The notes under the pieces were generated by a model that searched no databases, was not told the DNA's origin, and worked only from the letters and a program-made list of their open reading frames with translations. The position numbers and the translations under genes were made by a program. From the human T2T-CHM13v2.0 reference genome, Homo sapiens, in the NCBI RefSeq assembly GCF_009914755.1, contig NC_060935.1: a DNA stretch of 64,000 nucleotides; one strand, 5' to 3'. This document shows positions 56,073 to 64,000 of the stretch, one piece after another. How positions within the stretch are numbered: position 1 is the first letter of the stretch; every line of letters starts with the position of its first letter.

Positions 56073-56755
56073 TGTTACAGGTAGTTAGGCATGAGCAGGG
56101 CAGGAGAGGGCTGTCCCCCACCCACTAGAAATGTCTGGCAATGATTCGGCAATTACTGCATTGCCCCTCTAAAAGTGATAAATTGGCAGCCGGCTCCAGG
56201 CAGAGGCGATTTCCTGATGTTCCACATCTGTTTAACATTAAAGTGTTAACTAAATGCAGATCCCAGGGAGAAAGCAACTCCCTGGGTATGCACATTAAGA
56301 AACAAAAATGGCGAAGTACAATCTTACGGGTACACTCCAACAGAAAAAGGAAAAAAGCCTCAGATGGGCATGTGTACAACTTCCTAAACACACTGAGCGT
56401 GCTCACTTCCCAAGGGTAAGGAGGGGTCTGCGCATGCGGCGGCACACCCTACGGGAAGAATCATAGGAAAGAGGGGAGCTCATAAAGTCATAGGATCAAG
56501 CCCTTTCTTGTTGCTGTCTTTTCTCCCTTGGAACTTCAGGTTCCTGCTTGGTCTCTTCCAAGCAAATTTTCCTTTCTTTCCTTTTCTAAAGCCTTTTTAA
56601 ATAAACTTCCACTCTTGCTCTGAAACTTGCCTTGGTCTCTTATTCTGCTTTATGCCCTCCAGTCGAATTATTTCTTCTGGGGAGGCAAGGACTGAATTTG
56701 CTATAGATACACCACAGGTAACTCAGGGTAACTCGGATCTCTTCCTCTGGTGACA
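56073..56755 (+). mobile_element. Solo ERV1 LTR, MER50 family
   Basis: TGTTACAGGTAGTTAGGCATGAGC...GGTGACA with TG..CA termini; 4-bp TSD ATGC at 56069-56072 and 56756-56759; AATAAA near 56600. Confidence 0.85.
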
Positions 56756-58650
56756 ATGCCAGGGTGAGCACTGACATTCAGCCTGGCCCCTTACACATTT
56801 ATTCCTGCCTCCATGGCCCTCAACAGAGCACTGTGGAGCAGCCATGCCCCCATAAATATGGATTGTTTATGAATGCAGCTGAAGGCTTTTGTACAGAGTC
56901 TGTGGCTTCTTCCTCACCTACCCTGCTTAACTCTCCAAGCTTTTAACATTGTCTCTCATCCTCCTGTTTTCTTTTGTCTTTTACTTTTTTTAATGCAGTC
57001 ATGATTTCCTCCTGATTCTGACTTTCTTTTCAGGGCAATTCTATTTCTCTATTTTGGCATTATCTGGAGAGTGTTCTCTAACTTGCACCCCCTCCTTATT
57101 TGATTTGTCCCTTTCAACCCTATTCGTGAGCAATACATGGTCTACTGATCCATCCTTATTACTCTCCAAAATATAAACCATTTCTGTTTTTCACAGGCTT
57201 AGATAAATTTGCTGATCTCTGCCTAGGGTCATTCAATTCTGATGGAGATATATACCAGATGCCCCCAAAACTTTCATGGGGCAACGAAGATGAAGAAAAT
57301 CCATCATTAAGCAATTAAACATTGAAAAAAAACCACTTCTGTTCCTCTTGCAGTAAAGAATAGTATATTAATTTATAAGGCAGTGGGTCTGTGGGAACTA
57401 TGAAAAAAATAAAATAACATATCTAATTGCTAAACTTTCTGGTACAATAATTGTATTCATCTTTTATTTCAAGTCATTAAAAATAGTTTATGCTAAATGT
57501 CATGCTGTGAGAATGGGCTCTAGAATGAATCTTATGCCTGCACAGGTGGATATAAAGGCTCCCCTTTTCATATCACAGTCAAACTAGGAATTACACTAGC
57601 AATTTTCCTCCAGTTACTACAGTTTTGCTTGTGGCTTTTCCTTTTAACCTTTCTTCATTGGGCAATAATAGCTCAGCCACTCTCTTCAGAGGTCATCCAA
57701 TAAGAAAAAATTGCTCTAGTATGTCATTAGAACAAGAGGACAAAATGTGAGCATTTTAATATTTCTCACAATATCTCTGCATTTTGGCATTTTGATAACA
57801 AGACACACAATGAGCAAATAGATCAAGAGTAGTAAGATATTAAATTGGAAGCAAATGCTATTACAGTTTATGTCTTTAAAATCTGAGTTGGAAGTTTTGT
57901 TTCCATCTATGAGGGAGTAGATGTATCAAAGAAATCCTTGGAGAAAGTAAGTGTAAAACCTGGATAGAAAACAGAAACAAAGCAAAGCAGCTATTTGGAT
58001 CCCACAGAAAACAATCACGACAGCCAAGAATTGTGGGGACTAGACCTATAGAAGAGGAAATTGCATTGAGCTCAACCCCAAATTTGCCTCTATAATTTCT
58101 CCCTATTTATTTACAGTTTCTCAGTGATAATGATGGAGCCTGAAGAGAAAGTAATAGCCTTGAGTTGTGACCAATATCATTGGATAGAGAGAACAAAATC
58201 AGACTTCAGGAACTGGGGCAACCACGATTTAAGGGAAAAAGGTACGGGGGAGAGGACATTCAGAGGAGTAGCATCAAATATTACATGCAATTTTCCTTGG
58301 AGCATTTGCCAACTTGTAAAATGCACACGCTTGGCGTGAGGCACTGTGAAGTACAGGCAAAGGATTTGTCCAGTTCACAGTGCTGGGAAAGCAATTTTAG
58401 AGGCCCCATCCCACAAAAAAAGAAGGGCCTCAGGAAAAAAACCTCAGTTGAGGATCTTAAAGAGCTAATCTTAACAATAAGAGCAATATCATAAAAAATA
58501 AGGGTCACGTTTAAAAGTAAAGGCAGAGTAGAATTAGAGCAGGAATCACTAAACCTGAACTGCACAATAGGCTATATGAAGATGATCTGGCCAGACTCTA
58601 GCAGCTTTCTGGAATTACATTAAATTCTCTTTGGAAGAAGATAATATCAC

Positions 58651-58651
58651 A

Positions 58652-58691
<40 letters not shown>

Positions 58692-58812
58692 AAGATTAGA
58701 TATAGATATAGATATAGATAAAATAAAATTTAATTTATATATATAAATTGAATATATATATATAATTTAACTTATATATATAAATTGAATATATATATAT
58801 ATATATTTAATT
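58651..58812. repeat. (TG)n(TA)n compound repeat with a duplicated AT-rich unit
   Basis: Directly visible; 'ttatatatataaattgaatatatatata' occurs twice. Confidence 0.9.
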
Positions 58813-59569
58813 TACAAAATCCAGCTTAAAAAATAATTGGTCATGGCAGGAAATAGGACAAAAAAGCTCCCAAAAAGAAGAAAAAATAAAGGAAAAGGAA
58901 AAGCAATAGTAAAACACCCAGAGGAGATTCTGTTGTCAGACATAAAACTTGAATATCAGTATAATTAATGCGTTTACAAAGTAGCGAAAAAGGTGAATGC
59001 AAAGTAGAGAAAAAGATGAACCACAATCTGTTAAATAAATGCAAATGTTAGAAGAAAAATATATATTAAGAAAGTAATATAAGTTTTAGTAGTGGTTTAG
59101 GTATCACAGAACCAAATGTTAGTGAGCTAAAAGACAGTTCAGCAAGAAATACCGAGGTTGAAACACAAAGAATACAGAAAATTTTAAAATACAGAAAATA
59201 TCATGAGATGTCAAATACAACATGATGAAAAGTTCTGAACTTTGTGTGATTAGAACTCGAGAGGAAAGACAAAAGAGAAAAACAGTAATATTAAAAGAGA
59301 ATGAAGGGCAATCATTTTGAGACAGCTTTAAAAAATTAAAAATAATTTTTAAAAACCCAGAAAGCCTCTCCTTCAAACAGCTTTCAAAATACCCCAATAG
59401 AAATAAAAGAACACACACACATATTATTGGTGTAGTTAAGAATTTGAAAACAAGGGAAAATTTGAAAAGCAACTGTATAAAACTCATGTTTCCTTCAAGA
59501 GTGAGATAGACTGCCAACGAACTTTCAGAAACAGTGGAAAGTAGAATATAAAAAAAATTGAAAATGCCA

Positions 59570-59894
<325 letters not shown>

Positions 59895-61289
59895 TTAGAA
59901 TCTTATTCATGATGAAATTTTCTTCAAAAATAAAAAAAGGCACTTATAAATAAACAAAAATCAGAGAGATTAATCCAGGGAAGGACGCATTAAAAGACAT
60001 GAAAAGATATTATTAAGCAGGTAAAAAGATAAGAATATTCACTGCTTAAACAATATGTTGTGGAGTTGAAAATATGTATAGAAATCATGTACACAAAAAT
60101 GGTAGCACAAAATTCAGTAAATGGAGCTGAAGTTGTAAGGTCCTTGCATTGTCCAGGTAGTGGTATAAGTATTGATTTAAGGTAAAGTCTGAGAAATCAA
60201 AAAAAGCATATAAAAATCTAGGTTGACCACTAAAAAATTAACTATAAGATCATAGAAGAAAATAAATTAAATAATATCAAAATCTTAAACAATACAAGAA
60301 TGAGAAAAAAGTAACAGTGAACAGATGGGATAAAGAGGAAACAGTAGTAGGATAATAGATTTGAAACTGAACAAATCAGTAATTGTATTATGTGTATACA
60401 AACAGAAAGCTCTAGTTAAAGTTTTTCAACTTGAAAAAAACTCATCTTGATAGATGACATGTAATAAAATCATTAAAGAAATCTAGTGTAGTTATATTAA
60501 TATCATACAACTTGAATTTAAAGGCCAAGGACTATTAAAAATATTGACATTTCATCAAAATACTCAATTCACCAAAAATTTTCAGTTCACTAAAATTTGT
60601 AATAATTCTAGATTTGTATGCTGCTAATAACATGTACTCAAAGTACATAAAATAAAAATAAAATAAAACTTTAAAAAAGATTGAATCATATTACAACCTA
60701 AGTAAATATTAGAACAAGGAGAAAATAAGTCATTAAGGATAAGAGAGAATAACAACCCTCACAAAGCCTGACATAGTGGTAGAAGACTGTAACAAAAAAG
60801 CCGAAGACTATATTTTTAAGTGTACATGAAACTGTTTCCACAACAGACTGTATCCTGGGCCAGAAAGAAAATCTCAACATATGTCATAGGACTGAAACTA
60901 TTAAGAGTGTGTTTTCTTTGTGCATTTATGCAAGAAAGCAACAGAAAAATAATACTTGAAAAGGTTCAAATATTTATAAATTAAGCAATAATCTTCAAAA
61001 TAACCAAATGAGTCAAAGATACTAAATTATGTACCTATAGGATGCAGTTAAATCTGTGCTTAGTGAGAAATGTATAGGCTTAAATGCTTCTAATCGACAA
61101 AAGGAAACATTCTTAAATTGGTAACCTATGTGTTCATTTCATGAAGCTAGAAAAAAATCCAGCAAATTAAATGTAAACAAACCAATAAAGAATAATTTAG
61201 AGCAGAAGTCAGTGAAACAGACAACAAATGGACAATGAGGAAAAATGAATAAAGCCAAAAGTTATTTTTTTGGAAAAGACTAACTTGGT

Positions 61290-61450
61290 AGATATGAAAA
61301 TGTTTAGTGTGAATTCCCTTCAAAGGTCTTTCTTTTCAGCTGTCAGAAGTGTGGTGAATAGAAAGCATCCAGCTGTCAGCTCCTTCAAAGTCAGCCTCAG
61401 CGGTATAGAGAGCTGTTTGCTTTAGAGCATGGCTTTCCAAGGGAATCTCA
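61290..61450 (+). mobile_element. ERVL-class LTR fragment (LTR33/LTR16-like)
   Basis: 'agcatccagctgtcagctccttcaaagtcagcctcagcggtatagagagc' resembles old ERVL LTRs. Confidence 0.5.
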
Positions 61451-61599
61451 TATCTGATAGAAGCAGACATATAAAATCTGTCAAATTTCAAGCTGATATG
61501 GGTTAACTCTTGGGAAACTATTGCTACAGCACTCCCTGCCATGTTAGCAAAGGTCTTGGCAGGCAAGCATCATAATGTGGATTTCTAATAAACTATAAT

Positions 61600-63500
61600 T
61601 CAAATTGGAACTGGGAATGGTTCAAGCAAGCAGGTAAGAATGTGGATTGTTTTTGAAGTTGGGTTTTGAAGTTGAATCATTCTCCACCTGTCTGGTAATA
61701 AGGATCCCCACACTGAAGAGAGGTGGAGTACAAATGGGCCTAGTGTAAGATGGTGGTTCAGTCATTAACCCTATCACTGGTAGTGAATTAAGAAGGTGTA
61801 TTAATGAAAAGAAATGTGCTGATTAATCCTATGCATTAGGTATTTGAGATGAATGGAAGAAATGCTATATGGATAACATGCTTGCTTGACTATAGTTAAA
61901 TGTCATTGATGTTCCACAGAGAAGTTATGAGGAGCTGAGGAGAGTACTAGACAATTTAAAGTCAGGTGTGAAAGCTTCTTCTTCAGTGACAGGTAGATAA
62001 ATCCAGGGACAAAGCTGTAGACTTAACAGACAGAGAGATCAACTTCAAAGACAATTAAATGCTCATCAAGGCTCTTCTCTCATGTTCAGGTAAGGGCTCC
62101 AGTAGGAAAATCCTAGAATGCTGGCACATTAGATGGAGAGGCCTGGGTGTATGCCATGAATCTTTCTGACTTCTCAAAGCCCTACTGAGTCTATAAAAAT
62201 GACACTCCCATGAAGAGCTAGAATGCTCTAATACTCACTTCTTGTGTTGGTTAATAATTCAGAGGCTCTTTCCTGTAAGTCATCATGTGTGCCCCTCAGG
62301 ATCTGCTCCCACGTCCCATCATGCCCACTGCTGCTATAACTGTGTTACGTTGTAGCATAACTTAGCTGGTTTTATAGTCAAAAGGAGCCACGTAAAATAG
62401 ACATCATACACCAGCAAGTCCAGGGGGAGCATAAATGGGGTTGGATTCTGAGGGTGCTTAATCAAGGGGAATGAGTATAAAATAGGATAGGTAAGAGTTT
62501 CTTGACTTGTAAATACTCTCCTATGATGTAGAATTTAACATCCAGGCAATGATCCCAGGATATGGGGCAAACTAGAATGTCAACTAAAGGCACGTAAAAA
62601 GCAATGGACTATGCTGAATGAAGTCAAAGGGCTAAAAACTGGAGAAGTAGAAAAGGGAAAGGAATAAAAATGCTCTTGGAAGTGGGCAGGCGGGAAGTAG
62701 ATACAGCATATATAGTCAGCAGGTCTAGCCAATGGGTATGCTTCATGGAAAGGCCCAGAGGATGTATTATTTATAAGGGCTATGAGGAATAACCTGGTGA
62801 GACAGGCACCAGCAACACTAAAACTTGTAGTATTGCCTTTACTTTGTGAACTATGACTGTTAGTTGGATAAACTAAAATGTGGCTTTCTGATAGCAGTGG
62901 GGTTAATAGGACCCACCTACACTTCAAAAAAAAAAATAGACGATAGGTGGTGGAGTTAACCACTAAATTTAATAGGTTACAATTATCTTATTATCCAGCA
63001 AGTTATAGTTGAAGTCAAGAGATCTGACCCACAGAGGATTATGAATTGGTAGATATTTATATAGTTATGGCACATGGCATCCCTATAGCAAGACAGATAG
63101 GTGGGCAACAAGGATATTACTCAGCTTGTACCAGCAGAAGAAATCAAGGATGGATGACCAGGAGGCTGAGGGTAGTTACCTCAATAAAAAAACATACCTT
63201 CCTCAATTCTCTAACCTGAGTCTGTTTCCTGTTCTCAAATCATTTGACCAAAAATAAAATTAGATCCTCCCAAGAGAAAGGAAGCTGCAACAACACAGTG
63301 AGTCTATTCCACAATGACTCTCATTCCTTCGCCGAAGGGATCCATAGCCAGTTATTCGAGTTAAACAATAAACTTGGAAAAAGGCATTATTCAAATACTT
63401 GTAGGACTACTGGACACAGGTCTTAATTGACATTGATGCCTGGAGATCCAAAGCATAATAATCATAGTACCATAGATGAGAGCTGGGTCATATGGGGCCA
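61600..63500 (+). pseudogene. ERVL-class (HERV16/ERVL-E-like) gag-protease relic
   Basis: gag patch WILRVLNQG at 62442-62468; protease active site GLLDTG at 63404-63421, followed after a frameshift by LTLMPGDPK. Confidence 0.78.
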
Positions 63501-64000
63501 CTAAGGTGTTCAATACATGTATGGGTGGATAAATATTTGTAAAAGTACCTGGCCTACATTAAAAATAAGAATCAACAAAGGCTAGTTAAATCTGTTAGCT
63601 GAATGCCACCAAGAAGCATAGATGAGCAAGATATCAGAGCAATATTTGTTTTAGGAATATAGGATTGGCTTGACTTTTGCAATTATTTGCTTTCATAATT
63701 ACTTTTTAACCTAGGCTAACATTAAAATTAGTTATTATTCCCAAGGGCATAATGAATGCCAGTAAACAATGTCAAGGACAATTTTCTCAGAGCAGAAAAT
63801 AAAGTAATACTGCAGTTGATTATTCATATGCAGATACTAGAGAGTTAGCTACCAGACAATGGTGATCAATAATAAAAAGAAATGTTGAGTTATTTCGTTC
63901 TGTGCAGATGACAGCTGCCCATAAGCTGTTGCCAAATCAGCACTCATAGAACATGGATACAGCCCCAGTATAATTTCTAAGCCCAGAGATTGGAAAAGTG

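Overview
This is AT-rich, repeat-dense, non-coding mammalian DNA. It is almost certainly human, because it carries an AluYb8 with the diagnostic 7-bp duplication at 36289-36593. I found no protein-coding gene, RNA gene or CRISPR array. The interpretable ORFs in the track come from repeats (L1 ORF1/ORF2, Alu, LTR12, MLT2, microsatellites), and the rest look like chance ORFs. The window is a layered record of transposons: L2/MIR/L3; ERVL internal relics with LTR33, MLT2, MST and MLT1 LTRs; Tigger/MER82/MER30/MER58 DNA transposons; L1M to L1PA LINEs; AluJ/S/Y/Yb8; and solo LTR12 and MER50 LTRs. I cannot support a new biological system. The best leads are: (i) an L1PA15/16-type element collapsed to its first ~95 and last ~260 bp, with an inverted 304-bp piece of the matching missing 5'UTR inserted, with a 9-bp duplication, in a younger L1PA 3'UTR ~900 bp away; (ii) a TSD-flanked L1 built from three non-contiguous pieces; (iii) an ERVL relic lacking its 5' LTR but still bracketed by a 5-bp duplication; (iv) a human-specific AluYb8 inside the CCAAT array of a solo LTR12, itself inside Tigger1; (v) a 46-bp locally templated insertion in a (TA)n tract. 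Subfamily names come from recalled consensus sequences, not a RepeatMasker run, and boundaries of old elements are approximate.
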